DNA from: Rhodospirillales bacterium
GTDB lineage: Bacteria; Pseudomonadota; Alphaproteobacteria; Bin95
Direction of reading: 5' to 3'
DNA length: 25,683 nucleotides
Assembly (NCBI GenBank): GCA_038143065.1
Contig: JAYQLI010000009.1
Location: 1 to 25,683, forward strand
Position numbers and translations under genes: made by a program. The notes below the pieces were generated by a model. It was not told the DNA's origin, ran no database searches, and saw only the letters and a list, made by a program, of their open reading frames with translations. This document shows, in pieces, positions 1-9,987 of the stretch (the stretch's first letter is position 1; every line of letters starts with the position of its first letter).

Positions 1-576
1 TCTAAATTCAGGATCACCTTCTAAATCATCAAGGTCCATATATGACAGCGGATTAAAAACGGTTTCTTCCCTAACCTGTTATGAGGGTGAACTTACCTTT
101 TATGCTCTGCAAGAGCTGCAGCAGTTTCCCAATCTTTTCAATCATGATTGGTTGAAATATGAAAACTTATTTTCTTCTTTTTATTTAAGACAGAGGCCTG
201 CCATATTTAAAAGAGGCGCTGCTGTATCTGTGTTGTTGCTTGAACTCAAACAGCTGCCGGCCAGAAACGCACTTTATGAAAGCTCTTCAGAATTCCAATA
301 CCCTTTGACGACCGACAGACGGGGAATGCGTGTATATCCAGCCTATATGGAGGTGATTGGTATATAAAATGTCTTCTCCCTGGTTAAAGAAAGAGATAAT
401 TATGGAGGCAATATAGGTAAAAACAAAAAGTCTTCAGAAAATTTTATGAGAAAACATTGTAAAAAATATCAGGCAAACTGCATTGAGTCAGCAGCGTCAA
501 GCATTTCGGACGGCTTTCAGGCCTGCTTGTGATTCGTGCATTTGAAAGCGGCTATCTTGACGCTAACGGGCGCCGC

Positions 577-1722
577 CTAATTCCAAGCACCCAGAGTGCT
601 TGATTGAGAATTTATTTGATCTAACCGCTCTAAATTAACGATTGTAGATAGCATCAGCCTATCTTGGCTCCAATCTCCTGAACGCTGGATCGCCACTGCA
701 CATAACAGCACAGACGCCACAAGCGGCACAATGAAACAGAGGGTCAAAATACGCGAGCGCCGCAGATGATTGGCATGAAGAAGCGACACGACCCGCTGTT
801 CTAAAAAGCTTTTTCTACCTTCTCGCCAAGACAGACGATCTGCTGTTACCAAGGTGACCTTTGGAAACGCAATCAAAAAGCTGCGATCTTTGCGCAGGCT
901 TCTTTGACAAACGGAGAGCAAAGTTTCACAATAAGAAACGATATCAACCCGACCTTTTTTAAGCACTTCGCTGTCACAGCTTAATTCGCGCAAATGTTCA
1001 ACTTGCCGCTTCCAGGCGTGATATGCTGGGTTCCAAAAAAAGATTGGTTTTAAAACTTCGAGTAAAATCTCCCATTCGATATCGCCTTGCCGCAAATGCT
1101 GTAGCTCATGCGCCAAAGATACTTTCATCTCATCCTTTTGGCCAAGCATATGGGACGGGATGACAATATAATAATTTCGCAAACCACGCGTTGAGAAAGG
1201 CACCAAGATCCTGTCAGATAAACCGATTTTCACCCGCCCCAACTTACGCCAAGCGTGGCTTTGACGCACTATTCTGTAAAGACAAAATGCTGAAAAAATC
1301 AACCGCCAGACAGAGATCGCACAACCCAATAGAAACGCAGCAATTATGCTTGACGCGCCCCATCCAACAGCGTTTGCTACATTTTCAGTCAAGGTGCCGC
1401 GGACTGCCAAAAGACGCTCTAGATCGGCCGCTTTCATATCAAATCCACCGCTTAAGTAATGCGAGACAATTTGATCTGACAGATTGAACTTTAAATGCGC
1501 GGTAAACCCGTGTGTTTGCAGAGCATTCAACGTTAAAATCAAAGCGGGAGAAATAAGAACGGCCAAGAATAAGGCGTTCAAAAGTTTCAAATGGCTTCGA
1601 TAAGCATGCTGTAAGCCAAAGGTTTGCAATAGATAGCGACAGATCCACCATCCCGAAAATGCCACCAAAATCAAAATATTTAATGTGATGAACACATCTA
1701 AAATAGCACTAATCGATATCAT
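577..1722 (-). CDS. M56 family (BlaR1/MecR1-like) membrane zinc metallopeptidase lacking the C-terminal penicillin-binding sensor domain
   Basis: Intact 381-aa ORF. N-terminal hydrophobic helices, HELQH zinc motif (AHELQHLRQGD), FFWNP and RELSCD motifs typical of M56. Ends ~36 aa after a last TM helix. Overlaps the 3' end of the BlaI-family gene. Confidence 0.9.
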   Translation of the reverse strand: MISISAILDVFITLNILILVAFSGWWICRYLLQTFGLQHAYRSHLKLLNALFLAVLISPALILTLNALQTHGFTAHLKFNLSDQIVSHYLSGGFDMKAADLERLLAVRGTLTENVANAVGWGASSIIAAFLLGCAISVWRLIFSAFCLYRIVRQSHAWRKLGRVKIGLSDRILVPFSTRGLRNYYIVIPSHMLGQKDEMKVSLAHELQHLRQGDIEWEILLEVLKPIFFWNPAYHAWKRQVEHLRELSCDSEVLKKGRVDIVSYCETLLSVCQRSLRKDRSFLIAFPKVTLVTADRLSWREGRKSFLEQRVVSLLHANHLRRSRILTLCFIVPLVASVLLCAVAIQRSGDWSQDRLMLSTIVNLERLDQINSQSSTLGAWN

Positions 1723-2104
1723 TTTTTAACCTCTTATCCACAAGTTCACGGATTTGAGACAAGGCTTCTTCTGTCAGAGATTCATCATTCACCAAACGTG
1801 CAACCAAAGAAGCAGGCGCATCGTCAAACAGTTTGGTGGACAGATCTTTTAGCGAGCGCGCTTGATAAGCATGTTTTGCCAAAGCCGGTTGATAAACATG
1901 GCTTTTGCCTTCTTTGCGGCTGGTAACAAATTCTTTTTGCTCTAAAATCCGAAGGATTGTTGCTGCGGATGTATAGGCCAAATCACGCTCATTCGGCAGT
2001 TTGTCCAGCACATCGCGCACGGTGGCTTCCCCTAAGGCCCAAAGCTTGCTCATAAATTCCAACTCAACTTCAGTCAGAAATTCATGTTTTTTCTTTTCTC
2101 TCAT
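1709..2104 (-). CDS. BlaI/MecI/CopY family transcriptional repressor
   Basis: LTEVELEFMSKLW...ATVRDV...LAYTSAATILRILEQKEFV...EGKSHVY winged-helix pattern and C-terminal SLVARLV dimerisation helix. Likely start is ATG 2104 (MREKKK), not 2155. Confidence 0.92.
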   Translation of the reverse strand: MREKKKHEFLTEVELEFMSKLWALGEATVRDVLDKLPNERDLAYTSAATILRILEQKEFVTSRKEGKSHVYQPALAKHAYQARSLKDLSTKLFDDAPASLVARLVNDESLTEEALSQIRELVDKRLKNDID

Positions 2105-2183
2105 TAAATTCGGTCCTCGGGCTATGTACGCCTTGCTTCTTAAATCAGTAAACACGAAACATCATTAATTCCAAAGTGAAATT

Positions 2184-2588
2184 TCAAACTTTCCAAAAAC
2201 AGAAAACCATCCACCCAATACTAATCGCCACTGGCCACCATAATGGTTGCCCCATCAGGCCAAGCCACGCCAAAAAGATATAAGCTGCCCCCAATAACGA
2301 AATAAACAATCTATCACCGCGCGTGGTCGTTAATCCCAAGACACCGCGCCGCTCATCGCCACCCGGTCGGCGTATTTCCAAAACGGTGATCACTGCCATC
2401 GCTGAAAAGATCCGCAAAATAATAGAAATGTGGCCGGTGTCCATGCCATCCAAAAATCTGGCCATAATGGGTCCGTCCAGGAAAACCCAACCTCTTCTTT
2501 TTTTGCCGCCACTTTTCCCCCAACCAGAGGCGAGCGCTTGATTCAATGGCAAAGCCAAGAATAGGAATGAAAGAAAACGAAACATCAC
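2184..2588 (-). CDS. glpU: DUF2160 small membrane protein (GlpU-like)
   Basis: C-terminus ERRGVLGLTTTRGDRLFISLLG is the DUF2160 signature. An alternative frame over ~2410-2515 reads GFSWTDPLWPDFWMAWTPATFLLF (MAWT motif), implying two compensating indels. Confidence 0.8.
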   Translation of the reverse strand: MMFRFLSFLFLALPLNQALASGWGKSGGKKRRGWVFLDGPIMARFLDGMDTGHISIILRIFSAMAVITVLEIRRPGGDERRGVLGLTTTRGDRLFISLLGAAYIFLAWLGLMGQPLWWPVAISIGWMVFCFWKV

Positions 2589-3380
2589 ACCCTTCCCAGG
2601 GCAAAAACCTTTAGCAATGTAATTGCGTACAAAATAGATAACGATCGCCCCGGAATGATGGTCAGCGTTCCCGCTGCCGCCAGCAAACCCAATTCATATC
2701 CGGCAGAAGAAGCCGTTTTGGTCATCGTTGCCGCAATAGGCTTAGCGGCAACGGCAGTCAGCGTTTTGGCCAATAAAAGCTCGACCCATGAAAACATGAA
2801 GCAAAAGAAGGCAGCAACGCCAACTCCAGCTTTGATTGTTGGCAAAAAGATAGAGACAAAAAACCGCGGAAAAGAATACCCGTCAACATAAGCGGTTTCA
2901 TCAAGCTCTTTTGGAACACCCCCATAAAGCCTTCTAAAATCCAAACCGCTAAGGGGATATTGAACAAGCAATGCGCCAGCGCAACGGCCAAATGGGTATC
3001 AAATAAACCAACCGAGGAATAAAGCTGAAAGAATGGCAGTGCGAATACAGCAGCCGGAGCCATACGATTTGTCAGCAACCAGAAAAACAATTGTTTGTCG
3101 CCTAAGAACCGATAGCGCGAAAAAGCATATGCTGCAGGCAACGCCACGCTGACGGAAAAACCGCATTGAGCGATACATACAGGATCGAATTATAATAGCC
3201 CCAATACCAAGTTGGATCGGTGAAAATGACGCGGTAATTGTCAAAGGTAAATGTTTGCGGAAACAGACTAAAACCAGACAAAATCTCGCCCGTGGTTTTA
3301 AAGCTCATCGCCACCAACCAATAAATAGGCAACATCAGAAACAGAATATAGATAATCGGAATTAATGACCGTTTCCTCAT
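2585..3380 (-). CDS. glpQ: Carbohydrate (CUT1) ABC permease, GlpQ-like; frameshifted in this sequence
   Basis: Joined fragments 3102-3380, 2758-3147 and 2585-2971: FLMLPIYWL, ALPAAYAFSRYRFLGDK, EAA-loop VPKELDETAYVDG, FCFMFSWVELLLA. Confidence 0.88.
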
Positions 3381-4234
3381 TTTCGATCATCCTTTGTCAT
3401 CAAAGTGTAGAACAGCCAGCTCACCAGCAAGGTGATGGCGAAATATATCAAAGACATTGCCGCCGCAGGGCCTAGATCAAACTGACCAAGCGCTATTTTC
3501 ACCAAATCGATCGACAGCAAGGTGGTTGAATTGCCCGGGCCACCACCGGTTAAAACGAAAGTTTCCGTGTAAATATTGTAGCTGTCCATGAAGCGCAGGA
3601 GAATGGCGATGGTCAACACCGTCTTCATTTTTGGCAATTGAATATAGCGAAACACTTTCCAGGGTGATGCAGCATCGATTTTAGCCGCTTGATAATAGGC
3701 ATCGGGAATAGAGACCAACCCAGCATAAGACAAAAGCACCACAAGCGAGGTCCAATGCCAAACATCCATCACAATAATGGTTACCCATGCCGCAAAGGGA
3801 TTTTGCGTCATATCATAAGTGATGCCCAAAACATTGTTCATCAAATATCCCAAAAGGCCGATTTCAGGCAGGGTAAAGATATTCCACATGGCCCCAACCA
3901 CATTCCATGGGATCAACATCGGCAACGCCATCATGACCAAGCAAACCGAAACCCAGATCCCTGGCGCGGCATAGAAAGTGCAATGATAATGCCCAACGGC
4001 ACTTCAATAATTAAAATTGAGGCTGTGAATAAGAATTGCCGCCCAACGCGGCTTGGAAACGCTCAGAGCGCAAGATTTGTTCAAACCAATCTACCCCTGC
4101 CAAAAATACATTATTTCCAAAGGTTTTTGCACCGAATAATTCACAACCGTCATGATTGGAACCAACGCATTAAAGGCAACCAGCAATAAAACAGGCAAAA
4201 CAAAAAACCATGCTTTCTGATTTTCAGTTTTCAT
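3377..4234 (-). CDS. glpP: Carbohydrate (CUT1) ABC permease, GlpP-like; frameshifted in this sequence
   Basis: Start MKTENQKAWFFVLPV at 4234 (ATGA overlap with the upstream ATPase); MTVVNYSVQ; MDVWHWTSLVVLL; SIPDAYYQAAKIDAAS EAA loop; GQFDLGPAAAMSL. Confidence 0.88.
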
Positions 4235-5304
4235 ACCTGTGCCTCCGTTGCGATCCAACCATCCCGATAAAGCCGCGTTTGATCTTGACGAAATGCCAAA
4301 TTTACCCAATCGCCTTTCGCGGGCATCTGACCTGCACCAACGGCTTTGACATGACTGGAACCTACAACAACTTCCACGATGGAATGACGCCCAACATCAG
4401 AAACTTTATGAACTTGGCCCCGAATGCCCTGATCGGCAAAGGAAATAAATTCCGGACGTATTCCCAATTGAAGCTGGCCGCCTGATCCAATGACAGGGCC
4501 TTCCAACGCCATCACATGGTTTTCAAAAAGCACATCGCCATCTTTTAGCGTGACCGGCAGGATATTCATGCCCGGCGATCCGATGAAATGCCCTACGAAA
4601 ACATGTTGTGGACGTTCGAATAATTCCACCGGGGTTCCGATTTGTACAACCTCGCCCTCTTGCATCACAACCACTTGATCGGCAAAGGTCAACGCTTCCG
4701 TCTGATCATGCGTAACATAAATCATCGTGGCCCCAACCCGCTGGTGCAGTTCTTTAAGTTTGGACCGTAATTTCCACTTCAAATGAGGATCAATGACGGT
4801 CAGGGGCTCATCAAACATCACCACATTCACATCTTCGCGCACCAACCCGCGCCCCATAGATACTTTTTGCTTATTATCGGGAGATAAATTTGACGCCCGG
4901 ATATCGAGCATGTCTTCAACCTCTAACAAGGCGGCAATTTGCTCCACCCGGCTGGCGATTTTTTCTTCATCGACGCCACGATTGCGCAGCGGAAAAGCAA
5001 AGTTTTCGCGCACCGTCATCGTGTCATAAATGACCGGGAATTGGAAAACCTGCGCAATATTGCGTTGATCAGGTGGCAGATCGGTGACATCGCGATCGTC
5101 GAATAAAATGCGCCCCGATGAAGGTTTTAACAATCCCGAAATTATATTCAGCAGGGTGGATTTTCCGCATCCCGACGGCCCCAACAGCGCATAGGCGCCA
5201 CCGTCTTGCCAATCAAGGTCGATTTCTTTGAGCGCATAATCCTGAATATTTGCAGGGTGAGGCAAATAAGAATGGCGCAATTTGGACAGCGTTATTTTGG
5301 CCAT
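4231..5304 (-). CDS. glpT: ABC ATP-binding subunit, GlpT-like
   Basis: Intact ORF. Walker A GPSGCGKS, QVFQFPVIYD, degenerate signature LSPDNKQK, Walker B VVMFDEPLTVIDPHLKW, YVTHDQ, TOBE-like tail. TGATG overlap with the upstream ATPase. Confidence 0.92.
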   Translation of the reverse strand: MAKITLSKLRHSYLPHPANIQDYALKEIDLDWQDGGAYALLGPSGCGKSTLLNIISGLLKPSSGRILFDDRDVTDLPPDQRNIAQVFQFPVIYDTMTVRENFAFPLRNRGVDEEKIASRVEQIAALLEVEDMLDIRASNLSPDNKQKVSMGRGLVREDVNVVMFDEPLTVIDPHLKWKLRSKLKELHQRVGATMIYVTHDQTEALTFADQVVVMQEGEVVQIGTPVELFERPQHVFVGHFIGSPGMNILPVTLKDGDVLFENHVMALEGPVIGSGGQLQLGIRPEFISFADQGIRGQVHKVSDVGRHSIVEVVVGSSHVKAVGAGQMPAKGDWVNLAFRQDQTRLYRDGWIATEAQV

Positions 5305-6368
5305 CAAGCAACAAGCCTCCCATCCGGGTCGAAGTAAAACGCTTGGCTCACATCCATGAAAAATTCATGCTCCTGCCCCACATGATAACGATAGACACCA
5401 TGGGCAAGAGACACCCAGCTATCCGCCCCCATTTGGAAATGCGCACTGGAATCCGAGCCTGACAACTCTGTTACCAAAACGCGCCCTGGAACAGCGATGC
5501 TTTGCGCATCTTGGGCCGTAGGGGTGACGTGGTGGGGGCGAATTGCCATTGTGTAAGTACCATCGGGTAAAACTGCCGCGTCTCCGCTTAGCGGCCAACT
5601 GGGGCCTTTATCGATTTGCGCCAAAGCGCCTTTTTTAACCACAATGGCCGTGTTGATTGGAGGGTCGGAAAAGACCCGAGCTGCGGCAAGGCTTTGCGGA
5701 GAACGGTAAATTTCCGCCGTCGGACCGAATTGGGTTGTAACCCCATCATCCATAAGCACCGTCTTTCCGCCCAACAGCAATGCCTCTTCTGGCTCAGAAG
5801 TCGCATATACCACCACAGCTCCGCGGCCTGCGAATAATTCAGGCAACTGTTCGCGCAGTTCTTCGCGCAACTTATAATCCAGATTTGCAAGCGGTTCGTC
5901 TAAAAACACCGTGCGGCTTTCCTTGGCAATGGCGCGCGCCAAAGCGCAGCGCTGTTGTTGGCCTCCGCTTAATTCATGGGGCCGGCGCGCCAACATTGGG
6001 CGCAGCTGTAAAATATCCGCCGCCTCTTCCACACGCCCAGCGATTTCTGACTTGGCCATACCCGCCACGCGCAGCGGAGATGCGATATTGTCAAAAACGG
6101 TCATATGGGGGTAATTCACAAAGAACTCGTGCACCAAACTGATATTTCGCTTTTGCGTTGACAGCTTTGAAACATCTTCTCCATTCATCAATATTTGACC
6201 CGTTGCCAAAGGGTCCAAACCCGCCATCAATTTGATCATCGAGGTCTTTCCAGATCCTGTCTGACCAAGAAGTACGTTAAAGTGACCCGGTTCAAAAAGC
6301 AGCGATGTTGGTTTGATATGGGTGATCCCGCGGATCACTTTACTCGCCCCTCTGAGCTCTAAGGTCAT
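5304..6368 (-). CDS. glpS: ABC ATP-binding subunit, GlpS-like
   Basis: Intact 354-aa ORF. Walker A GQTGSGKT, LSGGQQQR, FLDEPLANLDYKLREELR, VVYATSEPEEALLLGG. Confidence 0.92.
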   Translation of the reverse strand: MTLELRGASKVIRGITHIKPTSLLFEPGHFNVLLGQTGSGKTSMIKLMAGLDPLATGQILMNGEDVSKLSTQKRNISLVHEFFVNYPHMTVFDNIASPLRVAGMAKSEIAGRVEEAADILQLRPMLARRPHELSGGQQQRCALARAIAKESRTVFLDEPLANLDYKLREELREQLPELFAGRGAVVVYATSEPEEALLLGGKTVLMDDGVTTQFGPTAEIYRSPQSLAAARVFSDPPINTAIVVKKGALAQIDKGPSWPLSGDAAVLPDGTYTMAIRPHHVTPTAQDAQSIAVPGRVLVTELSGSDSSAHFQMGADSWVSLAHGVYRYHVGQEHEFFMDVSQAFYFDPDGRLVA

Positions 6369-6411
6369 TGGTTATCTTTCTGCATTCGATTTTTGTGTAT
6401 CATTATGAAAT

Positions 6412-6466
6412 GGCCAGAGCTTGGCAACAGCTCTGGCCTGAATTGGCCCCATTTAGGTGGGGCCAA
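6412..6466. repeat. Two tandem GC-rich stem-loops between the SBP and ATPase genes
   Basis: GGCCAGAGCT(6412-6421)/AGCTCTGGCC(6429-6438) and TTGGCCCCA(6443-6451)/TGGGGCCAA(6458-6466) are perfect inverted repeats. Confidence 0.8.
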
Positions 6467-6472
6467 GCCATG

Positions 6473-8205
6473 TTACTTATTCCAACGGGCTACGAGTTCA
6501 TCATAGTTTACCGTCTGGCCTTGTGGTTTTTCGTTGTCCAGCTTCGCTTTCGCGCCGCCTTTACCCAACCACACAGATGGATCTTGCTCTTCATTCAACC
6601 GAGGACCACATCCACCATAGACATTGGCAGCTTCATCAGCAGCTTGCATCCGTGCCATGGTGATATCCATTTCTTCGGCCAAGCGATCCATCGCTTCTTG
6701 TGGCGTAAACGCGCCTGAGTTCACGTCTCCGATTTGCTGCCACCAAATTTGGGCCAGCTTTGGATAATCAGGAACGTTGATCCCTGTGGGTGACCAAGCG
6801 ACACGATCCGGTGAGCGATAGAATTCGACCAAGCCCCCAGTTTCGGAGCCCGCTCAGTGAAAGAGGCATGATTAACCGAGCTGTCGCGGGTAAATGTCAG
6901 ACCAACATGTGATTTTTTCACATCAACGGTTTTTGACGTCACGAATTGGGCGTAAAGCCAGGCTGCTTGCGCACGCTCAGATGGGGTCGATTTCAAGAAT
7001 GTCCAAGATCCCACATCTTGATAGCCCACCTTTTGGCCTTTTTCCCAGTATGGGCCATGCGGAGAAGGTGCCATCCGCCACAAGGGGTTCCCGTCGCTGT
7101 CAACCGTGTTATTGCCTTCTGACCGTGGCTTCACCATATCGGCCGTAAACGCTGTATACCAGAAAATCTGCTGGGCCACATTGCCTTGCGCCAAGGCTGG
7201 CAAAGATTGGTAGAAATCGTAGGATGCAGCACCGGGAGGAGCATAGTTGCGCAGCCACTCATCCCATTTGCGGATCGCATATACCGCCGCTGGGCCGTTT
7301 GCCGCCCCGCCACGTGATACAGAGGCACCGGCAGGGTTACACGATCCCGCTTCCATGCGAATGCCCCATTCATCAATTGGCACACCGTTCGGCGCACCTT
7401 TGGAACCGGTGCCCGCCATTGACAGCCACGCATCCGTCATCCGCCAACCAAGATCTGGCGCGCGTTTACCGTAATCCATATGGCCATAAATAGCGACGCC
7501 ATCCACTTCTTTCACATCATTTGAAAAGAAATCGGCAATGTCTTCATAGGCAGACCAGTTTACCGGAACACCCAGCTCATACCCGTATTTTGCTTTAAAC
7601 GCCGCTTTGTTATCGGCATCGTCAAACCAATCCTTGCGGAACCAGTACAAGTTGGCGAATTGCTGGTCGGGCAATTGATACAAATTGCCATCGGGACCAG
7701 TGGTGAATTGAATGCCCATAAAATCGTCTAGATCAAGCGTGGGTGATGTTGTTGCAGCCCAGTCGCCGGCCATTTGTTCCGTTAAGTTATACGCCAATTG
7801 CAAACGTGAATGGGTTCCAATCAAATCAGAATCGTTCACATACCCATCATAAAGGTTGCGCTGCGTTTGCATCTGCGTTTGCACCGCTTGCACCACTTCA
7901 CCCTCGCCCAGAATCTGGTGATTCACCTTAATTCCAGTAATCTCTTCGAACGCCTTGGTCAGCACTTCGCTTTCATATCCATGGGTTGGAATGCCCTCGG
8001 ATAAAACATTTACTTCCATGCCACTATAAGGTTTTGACGCTTCGATAAACCAGTTCATTTCGGCCATTTGCTCGTCTTTTGACAAGGTCGATGGCTGGAA
8101 TTCTTGGTTGATCCATTTCTGGGCTGCTGCCTGATCGGCAATAGCAGTCCCATGCCCTGCAATGACAGCCAAAGCCGCCGTTGCAGAGAGTAAATACTTA
8201 CGCAT
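6473..8205 (-). CDS. glpV: ABC substrate-binding protein, GlpV-like (~575 aa; one frameshift near 6835)
   Basis: Signal peptide (MRKYLLSATAALAV...AIA), EFQPSTLS, YQLPDQQFANLYWFR, GHMDYGK, MAPSPHGPYW, GYQDVGSW. Continues in another frame as LVEFYRSP...NVPDYPKLAQ. RBS GGGAGG upstream. Confidence 0.92.
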
Positions 8206-8253
8206 TGTATATCCTCCCGAAAAATTTATAACCGGTCTTTGCCGGATATCGAT

Positions 8254-8297
8254 ATCGTAATATTATGGAAATATAACTGTCAAACTAAAAATTTAGT
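8254..8297 (-). promoter_or_regulatory. Sigma70-like promoter of the glp-like operon with an adjacent palindromic candidate operator
   Basis: Minus-strand TTGACA (8283-8278), 18-nt spacer, TACGAT (8259-8254). Palindrome ACTAAA-AA-TTTAGT at 8284-8297 abuts the -35. Confidence 0.6.
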
Positions 8298-8644
8298 AGA
8301 TTGAAAATAAAAGTTAAATCATTAAAAAACAATAACTTAATTGGTTAATCTTCAAAGTTTTTATAACTCTGCTTGCAAAATCAAAACAAATGAGTCGTCC
8401 GGTCACAACAATTGCCTACCCTATGACCCCGCGATGCTCAGAACTGGGAAGGCGCTCACTCATACGTATCTTTGTTTTAGCAAAGCGCGGCAGTCAACCA
8501 TACAAAACCTTAACTGAAACCAACTGTTCAGATTCTAAACGAGACGAAGCTTAACGATGGTTTTGCCAAGCCATGAGCTGTAAAATCGCAATCCAACCCG
8601 GCTTTTAAAAGCACCTTGGAAAAACGTGTGAATGTTCATCAAGA

Positions 8645-9987
8645 TCAGGCTTCTTGCGGGATGCAATGGCAGGTATCCAGCTGTTGCATTATCGCACCTG
8701 ATGAGATTGGAAGGCGATCTTGGTATTTAGATGAGGCATCAGCTGTGTCGTTTATGTTAAAGCCTTTTCCTGATACTCTGTCTCTGCTGAGTTCATATCG
8801 TTTGCCCGTGAGCATGTCTTTCTTAAGCCTTGGCGTGAGATGGCTGTGGTGGCGCTCAATCATGCCAATGCTGATGCCCATCTTTATGGCTAGGGCATAG
8901 ATATCCATTCCATCGTATATCACAGCGAATGTCGCGTAAGTATGGCGCAGGCTATAGAGCGTTCCGTTAAGACCCGTACGTGGGCATTTGATCAGCTCGC
9001 TCTCTTTCATGAATGCGCGGAAGGTTTGATGGATGTTCTTGCTCATAGTCCCATCAGGCAATCTAAATACTGGCAGATCTACGCGCTCTTTCACCAGCTG
9101 TTCAAAGCTCATGTGATTGAGGTCTTCTGAGCGTTCATGGATGCGTTTGAGGTAATTGATGGTTCCGCTGCGGCAGATGATATCCCGCCTGCCCGTTTTC
9201 CCTGTCACGCTCATTTCAAGGTATTGAAGATCATTTTCCTCAAACAGCGTGATGTGTTTCCCGTTCAGGTTACGAGCCTCAGCCCCATGGCGCATCCTTG
9301 TATTGGCCAAGATGAGAACATAATCATGCATGAGATATCGTATGTCAGTGGCTTGCCCACTTTGCCTTGTTTGATCCAGTGCGGCAGTTTACGGATCATG
9401 GTTGCGTATTCTTCGCGCGTGAAGTCTGGACGGCGTTCGCTTTTCTCACCTTTGTTCAAAAGCATTGGCACGTTTTTGTGTGCCAGAAAGCCCTTTCCAC
9501 AGCTTCATCAAACACGCGGTTCATTGCAGAATGTGTGTGTTGAGTGTAACTTGCTTTGGGCTCCCTGCCCATCTTTGATCGGCGCCACTCATAGAAGCTT
9601 TGCACCTTCTCATAATCAACGGAGGTTACGTACTGTGAGCCAAAGTCGGGAATGCGGTATCGCTCAATGCACATGATGTACTCTGCATAGACTTTCTTGC
9701 CCAAGCCCGCGTCCAATTGCTTGCGCATATCGCCAATTGCCAGCCGCGCTACATCTGAGAACTTCTTGGTAATCACAGGAAGGTCGTTCTTATGTCTGAA
9801 CTTATATTCTAGATAAGTGTCCCGCGCGATCTCTTTGGCTTCATTGAGATCTTTTTTACCCAGTCTTGATCCTAATCGCTTTGCCATCAATGCTAAATGC
9901 AGCCTGCCATCTACGACTACGTTCGCGGCGATACACACGAACCTGATCGTCCAAGGTCAATATATTATCATCTCGCAAGTGTCGCAG
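8645..9987 (-). pseudogene. Tyrosine recombinase/phage-type integrase, degenerate
   Basis: Fragments join into N-terminal arm-binding region (VYRRERSRRWQAAF...KTGKKDLNEAKE), core-binding region, RPDFTREEY, box I ANTRMRHG, box II YSLRHTYAT and MGISIGMIERHHSHL. Several frameshifts; CTG where a start is expected behind AAGGAG; expected catalytic Tyr reads His. Confidence 0.85.

Noticed and set aside
76-96. GTAAGT...TAACAG on the minus strand resembling a tiny spliceosomal intron
   Set aside because: Bacterial context, and removing it does not give a convincing protein.
401-430. GGNIGKNK peptide resembling a dihydroorotate dehydrogenase motif
   Set aside because: Flanking sequence lacks other PyrD motifs; a short chance match.
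577-2104. Beta-lactam resistance locus
   Set aside because: No beta-lactamase or PBP gene nearby, and the protease has no SxxK penicillin-binding domain.
8552-8561. TAACGATGGT identical to 19861-19870 at the edge of the att core, as a possible second att end
   Set aside because: Only 10 bp with no tRNA-derived sequence beside it; compatible with chance.
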